Of a stretch of 64,000 bases of DNA, positions 1-13,347 are shown in pieces. Made by a program: the position numbers and the translations under genes. This DNA comes from Geosiphon pyriformis uo1 (lineage: Eukaryota; Fungi; Glomeromycota), in contig JAAOMT010000595.1 in the NCBI GenBank assembly GCA_016748015.1, positions 255,051 through 319,050 of the forward strand. The letters run 5' to 3'. The notes under the pieces were generated by a model. It did no database searches and was not told where the DNA came from. It saw only the letters and a list, made by a program, of their open reading frames with translations. How positions within the stretch are numbered: the first letter of the stretch is position 1; each line of letters opens with the position of its first letter.

Positions 1-419
1 TAAAAATTGTAAAAATTAGTTTAGTAGTTTTTTTGCCTTTTTTTAAAGTTAATAATTTTTATTTTAATTAACTGTTTTTTTATAACTTAAATAAAATTGT
101 TAAATAATAATAATTAATTATTATTAATTGTATTTTAGATTAATAGTCAATTTGCAAAGCTTTTAATTAAGCAAAATTTTGATTTTTTTGAGTCATTTGT
201 AATCAACATAATTATTTAATTTTTGGATTTTGAAACTTTTATATTAATTTTAATGCAACTTTTGTTGATGTAGCTTTTATAATTTCAAGTATTATCAATA
301 TTAAATATTAAGTAAATAAAAATTCACCAATATTTTCATAAAATTAAAAAACACTTAATTATTATAGTTATTAATAATTTGCTTTATAAAATTAAAATTA
401 TTTAGCAGCTTGAACTTTG

Positions 420-1430
420 AAGGCGGACGCTCTGGTGGACCAGGGGGCTTTCAGTTTGAATGCGAACCTAGTCACGGAAATTTTCACTTTGTTAATTGGA
501 TGATACAGTCATTTCGTACAACATAAGACGTTATATCAAGCAATTATATGAACAGATTAATTATGTAAACTGGAACTTGGACCGTTTTGTTTCACGCGTT
601 GTCAGTTCGGTTTTGACCTCTGTCGATTGGGACAGGACTCTGAAGGTATGACACACTGATGGCCACATGGCCGCTGGTTCTCGAGTGCCTCTACTGCACG
701 TGTTCGCACGTACGTGATGAAGGCAGTATACGGAAAAAGGACCCTGCAATTAGATGCCTTAAGTGTGGTGAAGTGGAATGCTCAGATCACGTGCTTGAAT
801 GTGTTTTTGACTAGGAATCTTGAATAAAAATTTTAAATAAATGTTGGAACGCCTGGCGCAATTTGGGTGCCTCCGTTAATTTTACCATCATTTTACAGGA
901 CTTAAGACGGCTTAGGGACACCAAAGAGGGGTTTACGTCGGCTGACTCGTCGCTGGCATACGAGCAACTTGCGAAGGGTATGGTGCCGAAATGATGGTTC
1001 AAGGAATCGGTCTCGCGCTTCCGAGACGTCAAGGTTGCGGAATCGAAAATTGTGTAATTGGTTTCATCTGTAGTAAGGAAACACCGTGAGTTAATCTGGT
1101 TGCCGATGGCAAAAATTAGGTCCGACATTGAGGAACAAGGATTAATTCAGGAGGTGGATTCGGACAGGTTTAAGGATAAGTCCAGTTATGACGCCAGTCA
1201 CGCGTTCGGTTTGCACAAATGGGCGGCCGGTGCTAAAATCAGATGTAAATTGGGGAATTTAGAAGTTTAAAATGCTAAAATTTCACGTGCTACAGATTTT
1301 GTCGCAAGAGTAAGATAGTGTAGTCCTGACGGGTTCGGGTGGCTAGTCACATATAGACAGAGTGTGATTCACGTTTACTTTAGGCATGTATACGTACTAA
1401 TACAGTAGATTACGTTTGGGCTACACTCGC
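420..1430. other. GC/CpG-rich island between extremely AT-rich tracts; possibly an undecayed part of a transposon or a regulatory region
   Basis: Abrupt composition change at about 420 and 1430, many CpGs, only short unrecognisable ORFs. Confidence 0.4.
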
Positions 1431-2830
1431 ATAAGCAAAATTATATACCAATAAATTATATTCAATAGCTTTTTATTTATGCAAATTTACTTCAATAGAA
1501 ATAAATTATAATATTTATTACAAGAAACTTTTAACTATTGTTAAATATTTAAAAAAATAATGTCATTATTTAGTTAAACATAATTCAAAATAGTTGTACT
1601 TTGTAATCATAAAAGCCTGGATTTTATTATTATTTGAATGTTTAATAAAAAAACTTATTTGTTTTTATTATTAACTTTGTAATTAATTTTAATTTTTAAA
1701 ATACAATAATCAAATCAGATAAATTATAATTGCAAATATTTTATTTGTTTTTATGAATATGAATAAAATATTATTACAACTAATAAAATTTTATTTTTAA
1801 TTAAACAGCTTAGCACCTAATTTAATTCAGCAATTAAATAATTTTAATAAATTAAATAATTATATTAATTCAAATTTGAAAATTAATTATTATGCAAAAA
1901 ATTTCTAAATGTTTTTATAATAGTTCGAAATTTCCAGTTTTATAAATTTGTTATGACTTATTAATTATTAAACATTTTAAAAAATAAGAAAACTTTTTAA
2001 ATTAATTAATTGAAATTTTTGCTTGTTTAATTTAGAAATTTTTTAATATATATTTAAAAACAAAAGCAAAAAAAACATTAAAGTTTTATAGATTATTACA
2101 ATAACAATTAATTTTTATGAATTTTATTTTATAATATATAATAAATTACATTTTTTTAAATAAAATTGTTTTTAATTGTGTTTTCTAGTTTTTTTTTAAT
2201 TACTTAAATTATTTTGAACAAACATCAATTTTTTTACAGCTTTTTATTTATAAACTAATATTAAACAGAATAAATTAATTAAATTTTTACTTTAATAAAT
2301 AATAAATAATAAAAATTATTATTTTTACATTTTTAATTCTGTTTATTTAGTTTATTTTAATAATAATAGCAATTATGTAATTAAATTAAAACTTTTGCAA
2401 TTAATGTATTTTAAATTTTGAAATATAATTAATTAGAAAAAAGTTGTAATTGGTAAATAATTTATAAATTACAATTAATTACAATTAAGAATTGTAATTT
2501 TGTATATAAATTATAACTATTGTTAGAATTGTAATTGCTTTAAAGCTTAATGTAATATTGTTATATAAATAATAATTGGAAAAAATTGAAAAATAAATTT
2601 GAATTAAATAAAATAAATATAAATTACAGATGTAAATTTATATTAGTGTGGTATATTTTTTAATAAATTAAAAACAAAACAAACAAACAAACAAACAAAT
2701 AAATAAATATTATTTACATACAAAAAATTGAACAATTTTTATTAAATTAAATTGATCAAACAGATTATTAATTAAATAAAACTGGTTTTATTTTCTTAAA
2801 CTAATTCTAATATTTGATTTAAAAAAAACT
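1430..2830. repeat. C/G-depleted AT-rich tract, probable decayed transposon relic
   Basis: Non-periodic sequence nearly devoid of C/G and CpG; no ORF >=60 aa; sharp left boundary. Confidence 0.45.
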
Positions 2831-3319
2831 AACATGCCGTCAATTTTTAATTGTATAATTTATATTAACATACAGTAAAAGTGGTTCTATTGTAAAATGT
2901 TTCAGTTTTATGTACATTGATGGTTGGGCCGCAATAAAAAACACATGTATACATTAATAACATAATTTTAAATTTGGGTGTTTTATATTTTATGATAAAA
3001 ATAGTTTTTTCTTGACTTTTAAAATTTATTTTTAATTGTCAAAATCTAATAAAAGTTCTGTCACATTATCGTAGTGATAAGTGGACTATTCAAACTTAAA
3101 TTCTATTCATAGAATAATAGGTATAACTAGTCAGATCCTCAAAGAAAAAATGGTTTATGGCCGGTAATTTTTTTAGACATTTACGTTATCAAAATAGAAT
3201 AAAACTGATGATTTTCCTAATGGGATTTAAAATTAAACTATTGGGTTATTTGAAAGATTTTTTTTTGAAATATAAAGAATTCTTCAAATTATTAGCATTC
3301 AAAAAAACACTTTCTCAAT

Positions 3320-4766
3320 TTAAATAGAAACAGTCTTCTTAATTGCAGGGAAAAAGGATTTTTTTAAATATACAATTTCTTGAATGTCACCAAAAGGAGC
3401 CAATACAGTTTTAAGCGCACAAGCTTCCTTATTAATCAAACTAGGTTTCCATTGAAGAAAAAGTTCTTTAAGTTTGTTGAGATCTTTTGAAAGAGTTACC
3501 GACCCTAACGCTGTTTGATCTAACAATCCACGCATTGCCCAAGGTATATAACCGAGAGTCGAGATATTTGTAAAATGGAAATCGACAAATGAGGCTTCTT
3601 TTTCAGGTGTGGGTTTTGAGAAATACAGGTAATCAACGGCAAGTTCAAAAACTTCATCTTGGTCATGTAAATCCGAGTGACCACAATTTGCGAAACATCC
3701 AATCATTACGTCACTTAAATGTGCTAAAAGGCCTTGGTCTGAGGCACCATGATTTCTTAGACGAACGAGGATTTGAATAAGGTAGCAGAGAAATTCTTTT
3801 TGATCGTAGGTTTCATCGTTTACATATACTGCGCGTAAGATCGATGGGTGATCAATGTGAGAGAATAGGGCGGAATGTAGCTAAGAAGAGAAAAAGATGG
3901 AGATTAATTTCAACTCGAGATTCAAAAATTCATTAAAGTGAAATTTTTTTTTAAAATCCTACCGGAACAACTTCATCATAGGCAGAGGCAACATAAACAG
4001 CTTTAACACCAGCTTTCAAAACCTTCATTGCACATTGTCGAAAAGTCATAAATAATTGGGTGCTCGAGTCCTGAAACTCGAATAATTCACTTTGAGATTT
4101 ATCTTTCAAAAGGTTTCCAAATTCCTTTTTCATTTCAATTTTATGTGTAGGGCCTTGATTTATCCCAGCCATAAATAATGTACAAACGCGTTGTTTCGCG
4201 GGCTCCAAAATTTTTTTTTCAATTAATCGTGAAAGGAGAATAGTACTCACTGGGACCCCTTGGGAATGTCCTAGGATAAATACTACATTTGCTTGTTTTA
4301 ACGAGGTAACCCATTCTTTATTTTCCTCTATTTGTTTCATAAAATTCTCAACTCGATCCAAAACTTGACCATATCCTAATAGTGGGATTTTTGTAAATTT
4401 TGCTTTGTCGGTTGATTTCAGATTTAGTTTTTGACGAATAACATTTTCCATGCTTTGGCAGAATTCTGCGGAGGGACCATCTTCTAAATTACTAATGAAT
4501 CTCGGTGCCCATCCATGTACACCAATTATTACGATTGATTTTTGTCTCTCAAGGGGGGCATTTTTTATGGATAATCGTCTTTTAATGTTTACGGTGGGAG
4601 TACTAGGGCTGGATGAAAATTTGTTTAGAATAAAACGACTTAGTATACTTGATATTTTGGGTTTGCTACCAAGTTTTGCGACCATAATGGGTCTTAAATT
4701 AAGCATTGGAGTATCTTCGAATTGTGGGATAATCATTTTGATGAAAATGAAGATTTCCAAGGTCAA
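3320..4766 (-). CDS. YML020W-like alpha/beta-hydrolase, 2 exons (start at 4736 or 4706, exon 1 ends 3963; exon 2 3880-3320)
   Basis: Motifs IVIIGVHGW, GHSQG, MAGINQGP, DEVVP. The GT-AG intron 3962-3881 joins in frame to LHSALFSHIDHPSILRAVYV...RLRNHGASDQGLLAHLSD...GHS. Putative Ser/Asp/His triad present. Confidence 0.8.
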
Positions 4767-5496
4767 TTAATGAGAAGAGTGAAAGAGAAAAGTGAAAAGG
4801 AAAAAGGGAAAAAGTGAAAAGTGAATTGGGGGTGAAAAATGAAATTAATTTTCTTTTTGCCTTTTTGCTCTCTCTATATATGTTTTATGCAAATTAATTT
4901 GTGAAGTTCTTAAAACGATATGGTTGGACTCGTCTTATTTTTGTACCCGCACACACTATAAAAACTCCGGGTTATAATAGTATAATTCAAATTGGGAAAT
5001 CGCAATGCATAAATCAGCAAACGGAAACTAAACTTTATTTGGACCTGAATTAATTTTCAATTTCATTTATCAAATAGCGCAGACATAAATATGAAAAAGG
5101 TTTTCTATTCTTGGAAATGCTTTATTATATATTTATTTTTAAAATTGACAATTCTCGCCCATTTCTTTTAAATTTCCGATTATACTAAGTTTCTTTTAAG
5201 CCTATCTCTAAGAATTTCTTGTATTCTTACCATTAATATAAGAAATAATATTTCTTAACAGAAATGAGAATTTTATTATTTATAAACTTTGAATAAATTA
5301 TTCTTGTGCTTTAATAATACAATTTGAATAAATTGAATTATAAATATGCAATTTACAATTGGTTAAAATCTTTTATAAATAATTTGTAAACTTAAAACAT
5401 AATATTTAAATAATACATTATTTAACATTGTGAATTTGATAGAAATTACAGCATATGTTTAATATTACTATTCAATAAAAGTTACAGAATAATATA

Positions 5497-6297
5497 CAGT
5501 GTGGTGCAAATTTTTTTTTATAAAGACGTGAAAAAACTCAATTACAACAATTATATATGTAATTTTACTATAAAATTTTTAAAACCTGTACCAAAACTTA
5601 AAATTTTCAATTACATTTTTCTTATTTTTATTTAAATGCTTTAACTAAGTATGATTTAGTGTTATTTATATACATTAAAAACAAATTTAACGAATTAAGT
5701 TAATACAACATTTTTTGGGCCAAGTGGCTTAACAAAACCAAAAGAAATGATTTTACAATTTAAAGCCAAATAATCTGAATTTTAATACTTATTGCAGTAT
5801 TAACAATTAAAAGTTTTCTATTAACACAATTTTTTTAAGATATGAGTTTTAACAACAATGATATTAAGTATTTTTGGATATTTTCATAATAGTTAGACTA
5901 AAGTAATTGAAAAATAAAATATGTTTAATCATAATTATATTATTAATTTTATAAACTATATAGCCAAAAAAATTAACCAATTTGTTTTTAAAAGCATTTT
6001 TTAAGCAATGTTTTTGAAAAAATTTCATTATTGTTTTTTTTAACCAAATAAATTAGTTATTAAAAGTAAATTAACAAACATGAGTTTTAAATAAACAATA
6101 AGATTTTTATTAGTTTAAAATTAGTCTAAAAGATTATTATACAATTATTTTTAATGTCTATTATTAAGTTATTATTAATTAATATTAACATAAAATTTCA
6201 GATTTTATAAAATTAATTTTTTATTTTTAAAATTTAAATATAATATAATTAAAATTAGAATCAAAAATAATCTAATAATTGAATTTTTAACACATTG
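5497..6297. mobile_element. Heavily decayed Tc1/mariner-like element
   Basis: TA|CAGTGTGGTGCAAA at 5495-5510 resembles the TIR of the element at 59471. A degenerate reverse copy TTTTTAACACATTG|TA lies at 6284-6299. Confidence 0.4.
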
Positions 6298-6299
6298 TA

Positions 6300-8100
6300 A
6301 TATTAAATTAGATTTTGAATAGATTAAGATATTTTGATTGTTATATTTGAAATTTTTATTATAAAAGGCTGTTTAATTAAAGAGTAATAAATAACAGTTG
6401 TTTTATTATACATAAATAAAAAAAAAGTTTGTAACATATATATATAATATATTAAATATGCAAATTATTTTACAACAATAAAATTTGGTAAAATTTTTAG
6501 CAATATTTTAATAATTATTAAAATTAAAAAAAATATTTAGAAAAAATAACACTTTTAGTAATATATTTTTACAAATTACTTAACAATTATAATTTTATTA
6601 AATAGCTTAAGAGTATTTTTATTATTATCAAAAAATGTGTTAAATAAAATATTATAAAATACACAACAACAAAAACAAAAACAAAATAAAAAAGTATAAC
6701 AGATTTTGCAATCTTTAATATAATAAAAAAATAATCTAATTTAATTTTGATAATGGTATTCAAGATTTTTTAAAATGTAAATTTTATACAAAACAGTTTA
6801 ATATTGTTTTTTGTAACTAATTTAAAACTAATAAAATTATAAAACAATAAAAAAACAGTTTTAAAATAAGCCAATTTAATTTTAAAAAAAATGATTTTTA
6901 TTTTATTAATAATCTAATTTGTACAATCTAAAATATTTTGTATTATATAATAAAAAATTTACCAAAATTTTTTCATGTTAAAATTGATTATTTCAAATCT
7001 AAAAAAATATTTCAAAAATTTTATTTTAATACAAATTTATTTAAAATATAAATTATTTAATTTTAAAATAATCAAATTAAATTTTTACATAAAACATAAC
7101 TTTTTTCAATTTTATAAAAAAATAGTCTAAACTAATTGCAATTTTTAAAATAACAGTGTTAATATTTATAAAAAAATTTAATTTATTAATAAATATCATT
7201 ACAATAATTAAAAAAAAAATTGATCATTCTTATAAATATAAAACTTAAAAACAAATTAGCAAATATTTTTGTTTCTTAAACAAAGATACAAATAATAATT
7301 TCTTTAATTACTAAAGTAAAAATAACAAAATTATTATAAGATATTTTTAATAATAATGTATTGTTGCTATTGTTATTTATAACCAGATTGGAATTTATTA
7401 TTATTATTAAAGTTAGTAAAATAAAATTAATAAAAAATTAATATTGAATAAAAACAGTCTTTATATAAAGAAATTTGCTATTAGAATTAATTATAATAAT
7501 AATTGTTTTTTAACTGTCTTATTTTTTTGACTTTTAAAAAATGGTAAACATAATTAAAAAAGATAGTAATTTTATTACTGATTTATTTTTGAAAACACTA
7601 AGACTTTTAGTAGTAATTATAAAAATTTTAAAATTGTTTTTTATTTAAATAAAAACTTGACTGAAAAGAAACTTTTAATTAAAAGTGAAAAAAAGTGTTT
7701 TTAAAACAGTTAAAGATTATTTTAATTTAGGAAAAATGTTTTTATAATATCTTATTTAGCTGTTTTTATTACTAAAAAGACTTTTTCATTTATTGTTTCT
7801 TAGTTATATTATAAAAAAGAGTGAGTGTTTTTTTTCTGCTCTTATTGTAAACATAAAATTTAAAAACCCAAAATTTTTTTCTTAATTATACAATCAAAAA
7901 TTTAATGATAAATTTTTTATAATATAAAAAAATAAATTTACTTAAAACCATTCTATGAAATAACCTAATAAAATAAATTTTTATAAAATAAAATTATAAG
8001 AAATTTTTTAAAAAATGCTCTTATTTATTTCCTATTAAGAATATATATTTAAATTTTCCTTTTAATTAGATAATTATTTATAAAAAAAAGAATATCTAAT
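6300..8100. repeat. C/G-depleted AT-rich tract, probable decayed transposon relic
   Basis: Near absence of C/G, no ORFs, sharp end just past the HMG gene 3' region. Confidence 0.45.
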
Positions 8101-8369
8101 TTTTTGTACGTGTAATACAATCTTTGCATTGATCTACCCATTCAAATGGAACAAGAAAACAGCCAATCAATTTAATTCAAGCAAGATAAGCTAGCCATAA
8201 TAGCCATAATACTAATGCGTTTTTTGATTGGAAAAAGCTTATTCTTATATGCAGCAAAGATAAAGCTAGAGAATGGAAAGGTGCATTAACAAAGCAACAA
8301 GTAATTTTTTTAAAATCAACTGCTCCACAAGCCAGTTAAGATTTGCAAGCATCTTCACGAAATTCCAAG

Positions 8370-9008
8370 TTATTCATCATCAGAGATCGTTTCTTCACTT
8401 TTCATGCGAGTCTTAATTGGATCCAATCATTAGTTTGATAAAATTTTTCTTTATAAATAATTTTATAAGAAAATACTTACTCCATTATCAGCATTAGCGG
8501 CCTTTTCTGATTCATATCGTTGCTTATCAGCAGCGGCCATTTGCTTGTAGGGCTATAAATTTTGAGGAGTAAAAAAGTTGGTTAAAGTGAAAAGTATTTT
8601 GAATTTGGTTCTCCATTAAAAGCGATTGAGCGTGTAAATTACCTCTTTTTCTTTATCAGATAGCTGTTTCCATTTTTCTGCCACCAATTTACTCACTTCC
8701 TCTGCATTTTGATAGCACGTAAATTATTTTTAAATAAACTATATCAAAAAAGCGAAGACTAAAATAAAAGCTCGTTACTTACTAAAATCTGCCTCAGGAT
8801 GTTCATTTTTTACTGTTTCACGCTGTTCTTTCACAAAGAACATGTAAGATGATAGACCACGTTTTGGACCTTTTTCACCAAGAGTTGTAGAACTCTTCTT
8901 TGAACGAGTCTCTCTCACAACTTTGGTATCGGCCACTTGCCTTTTGGCTTTTGTGGTGGTAGCAGCACGTGGCATCTTGGCTGTGGCAGTCTTGGCGACT
9001 TTAGGCAT
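8370..9008 (-). CDS. NHP6-like single HMG-box protein, 4 exons (9008-8783, 8701-8643, 8552-8481, 8411-8370)
   Basis: Spliced product: basic N-terminal tail then PKRGLSSYMFFVKEQRETVKNEHPEADFKEVSKLVAEKWKQLSDKEKEPYKQMAAADKQRYESEK. All introns GT-AG and in frame. Confidence 0.92.
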
Positions 9009-10294
9009 TAGGTTAGCGATTGTTGGATTAATTCTGGAGTTTTTATTTACTGCGGGATTTTCTGGGTAGTTTTGTATTGGAAAATTTAAAGAGTCGAGAA
9101 AACTTGCTCTTCTTTTTGTGAAAAATATAATTTAGCTCTTTGAAATATTGCCCTTTCAAACAATAGTCTATCAAGCCACAAAGTGAAACAAAAGTCCCAA
9201 CAAAAAATATTCATAGATCATCAAAAAGACTATCCGAAGCAAAATTAAAAGTTTCCCTACCAAGAAATATTTCTTAAATGCCTTAAGTTGTGGAGTATTT
9301 TAAAAACGCTAACGAAGTCTTGGAGTTGCAAGGGACAATCAAGAGTTTTCTGAGGTTAAGATATAATTTTAATATTGAAAGTAGGGCAACCAGGCAATAG
9401 GAAAAGAAAAAAAAATTGCTACAATATTTTTTGATTTTTATAGACGAAGGATTAAGTCATTTTATGCGTCATTATGGATTTCCTATTTTTACTATATTAA
9501 AAGTCATGATTTTTTTAAGATTCAACAGTCACGTTTAAAAAATTTTATGCTTCGTCTGCTGACACATGATTTGGGAATTCCCAATAGCCCAGTTAGTGTT
9601 TTGACTGTATTGGCTGAGAGTTGCTTTCGCCTATAATGGATGATTAATAGTAAATGACGATTTCGTAAATACATTGTATTAAAGCATGGAAGATGATCTA
9701 AATGATGCTTGTTCTACATTCAGAGACAAGGCTATCTTTGAAATTTTAGTGGCGAGGATTTGACGGGAGATGGCATGGATGTAATAATGACGTCAGTGAA
9801 CTTCCTTGAATCAAACTGAAGGTAATATTTAGATATTTGTTTAGGAGAAAATCTTTAAAATGAAATATTCGCAAGTTTCCAATAATTTGTTTTGCGATAT
9901 TTCATTGGATCATCCCTCACGAAAAAGTCCAGCTTTTTTGAGGCCATTTTACGAGAATATTCAATAACAGAAATTCGTTAAAATGGAAAAATCAGTGTCA
10001 ATAATTTATTATTAAAAAAAGCTTTACAGCAAAAGAAAAAATATGAAATACTTTATTAGAAAATTTTATACAAGTTGATCCTTTTAGGAAAGATATTCCC
10101 ACAATTTACTCTACAAGTAAGAACTTTCTCGAGCTTACGAAATTTCAAAGTTTATGTTCAGATATCAAATCCAGATTTATAAATATTTACTGTTGAAAAA
10201 TTCCTATCGCTTTGTACATTTACAGTATATGACCCAAAATGGTCGACAATTCACCTTCGAATTTTCAAAAATCTAGAGCTACATCCCATACTTT

Positions 10295-10759
10295 TTAACA
10301 ATTGATCCAAGCCCATCTTTTTCTCACTACTAAATCAGATTCTTTTTCATCAATCTGACCAACAATTTTACCTTGTTGGACTCTTTCTATATGTTCCACA
10401 ACTCTGGTCAATATCCTCAACAACTTGTCAATTGTGGTCAACTTTATCATTCGAATCTGCCATGGAAATACATCAAATGGGGCAATCTTTCCCTTTAATG
10501 TTAATAACAATAAATCATTTTCAATTTTGACCTCTTGATCATATGTTGAGAGTTTTGGGTGCTTTGCCAGTCGTACGGTAAGTTCTCGAAGAATGAATGG
10601 TGTAATTGTTTTTTTGAAAATTTTGGAAACACGTGAGAGTTTATGGTGTAGATGGCCGAGTTCGATATTCTGATAGATTTCACAGAGTAATTCTTGAGGA
10701 AGAGTTACTAGTGTTGGTGAAATTTGTTTGACAATATTCGGACTTTTGTCTGAAGTCAT
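10295..10759 (-). pseudogene. F-box-like protein, probably truncated or pseudogenised
   Basis: N-terminal LVTLPQELLCEIYQNI...LSRVSKIF F-box pattern. Coding-like sequence continues past the stop in another frame with several stops, to about 10070. Confidence 0.55.
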
Positions 10760-12097
10760 TTTTAAATTTTTGTTCTAGTTTTTAAGGTTGTTTTCTCTTT
10801 TAAATATTTCAATTGAATTTTATTAGCCTAAAGATTTGAGAGTACATGTATTTATAAAGAAAAAATCTTTAGATTTATAATGTCCAAGAATTTTTGTGTA
10901 TCCATTAGGATATTAGTAATACATGTACTTGCACAAACGGATAAATAATTAATCGTTCCTTCTAGAAACTTTTACTACTCTATGCTGATCTTTCATTTTT
11001 TTTGGAATTTTTAAAATTGCATGTTACTAAATCAAATTAATGATATTTTAACATACATATAATTTCATTTTTTTTTGTTTGATTGGTCTTCGTATCATAT
11101 AAACAATTCTTGTCAATAAGTTTTCAAAAATATCAATCTTGTAATAATTTTTAATACAGACAAAAAACAATTTTTTTAAGGCATTTGAGAAAATTCAAAG
11201 ACATATAATATAAATTTCAAAAGTTTATAATTGCAAAAAAATGGGTTTAAAGTATAAAATAAATAGATAAATATTTTTTGTCAAGATCTTACTAATTGAA
11301 AAAATGAGATATAAATATATGTATATATTTTTTACTAACTTTAATAAAATTTCGAATGGATTAAATTTATATGCTAAATGAAAAAATAGAGATGATTTTC
11401 TAGTATTATAAAAATTATTTTATAATTTTATAATAATTACATTTTAATTATGTGAGTTCATGATTAAAATAGTTAAATATATTTATTTGTAATTAATTAC
11501 ATTTATATTGTATTATACTATATTATATCATATTATATGAAATATATCTATTGTTTAATTTTGACAACATTAATCTTTAGTGTTTTAATAAAAAAATTAA
11601 TTTTTTATATTTTAGTAATATTTAGAAAAACTATAATACTGGTTTTTTATGATAAGAAGTTTTTCATTAAATATTTATGATAAAAACTTAATATCTGAAT
11701 AATTTATAATAATCAACCAATTGCTATTATTATTATTATTATTATTATTATGCAAAATATCATAGTATTTACATGTTATAATATTTCATCACCAAAAAAA
11801 TATAACAAATTTTTTTAATAACTAAAAAATATTAAACCAAACATACCACTTTAGAAAAATTGTTATGCTCATTTTTAATTTTTCTAATTTTAAACCAATT
11901 AAAACAAAAATTTTGTTTTTCAAGCTTAAACTGTGATCTTATTTAAAATAAAACTTATTGTAGGCACAAATCTGATTATCAACATTTTTAAGAATTCAAA
12001 AATAAAATGTTTAAATATTTTGAAAAATCAAAAAAGAAAAATTCTCCCTGCCCAAGGAAAGAGAGAAATATCAGTCACAATTTAAAATTTTATAATT

Positions 12098-13347
12098 TCA
12101 TTCTTCAGGGTTACGATTATTCGTGCAGTTTTTCATGAAATATCGGACCTGTCAACGTCCATTTCTTCTTCTCATTTCTGCTCCGGAAATACAATCCTTT
12201 TATTAGGAAAAAATTTTCGACCCCATAAATGATTTATAAAGCTTCATTCAATTCGAAACAAAATTTTAAAGGAACTTACTCGATGATCCTTCCAATCCCT
12301 AGTCGATATACATTCATATACATTGGGGAATGATGGTTTTTCCCAGGAACACATTCACATTGCTCTTGTCTTGGAATCCAATATTCCTTTTTCAGTGAAA
12401 CATACATAATCTTTTTTTTTCTTCACTTAAACCCAAACTAGGTGATAAGGGTGCCCAATCATCAACATAAGTCACTGGGAAAATTCGAAGTCTACTTCTT
12501 ACATGTTGAACAAATCCAGAGTTTCCAATACGTGGCATGCCGAATGTTACGACAATCGGTTTTGAATTTACATTATAATGTTCAAAAAATTCTAAGGCAG
12601 CAAATATCACAGAAGCTGTTCGTTTTAAAAGAGAGAAAACTTAGGTCGCTTAATTTAGGAAATCATTGTAATGAGATTATTATTTTTTACACCACCGCCT
12701 CTCCCAAATCCAGTGAATGTAAACAGATGTTTTAATTCAAGAAAATTTTGATCTTCAGTCAAAACTTTCATTTTTATCCAAAAGGCTTTACTGGCATCTT
12801 TTATAAAAAAACGATTCGACATATGCATCTTGGCCACCAAGAAATAGAAGAGCAATCCAAAGTTTCGGTTTTTATTTTGGTAAGTTGCTTCTCGACCATT
12901 AAAAGCAATCACGATTGGCTTTTTTCTGTTTGATAGCGAAGCACTAAAATTTTGTGGAATTCTAGCTTGAAATTTTTATTCAAGAAATGATTGAGTAGCT
13001 TGATTTTGGATTTTAAAACATTAAAAATTCTTTAAAGCTTAGAATTATTCTGACAGAATGCTTTTTTGGAATAATAGGCACGATTTTGCTAGCATAGTTA
13101 GAAATTTGCGTGAATCTATTTGATTTTTTATATAATGACTTTGTCCCGACGATAATTCTCGTCTCCAAAATTTAAGATTCCAAAGCTTTCCGCTTTTTCC
13201 AAATTTCGCATCTAAATATCTATTGTTAATTTTTGTTGAAGTTTCAATTTGCATGTCTTCATTCTTCGAAATACGATTCGCATAATAATATATGAAAAAC
13301 CACAATGGCACTAAAATGGTTAAATATAGGAAAAATATTTTATTCAT
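12098..13347 (-). pseudogene. Class-3 lipase-like secreted/membrane-anchored protein, multi-exon, disrupted
   Basis: Hydrophobic N-terminus; VIAFNG, FTGFGRGG (elbow), VVTFGMPRIGN, VTYVDDWAP, EYWI motifs. In-frame TGA at 12392-12394 and an apparent downstream frameshift. Confidence 0.75.

Noticed and set aside
981-995. TGGTGCCGAAA as a retrotransposon primer-binding site
   Set aside because: Not preceded by an LTR-like ...CA end and no gag downstream
4450-4770. Plus-strand 106-aa ORF, and similar shadow ORFs at 21920, 31300, 31386, 35395, 36964, 41374, 59573 and 62193
   Set aside because: Antisense or alternate-frame overlaps of better supported genes, with no motifs
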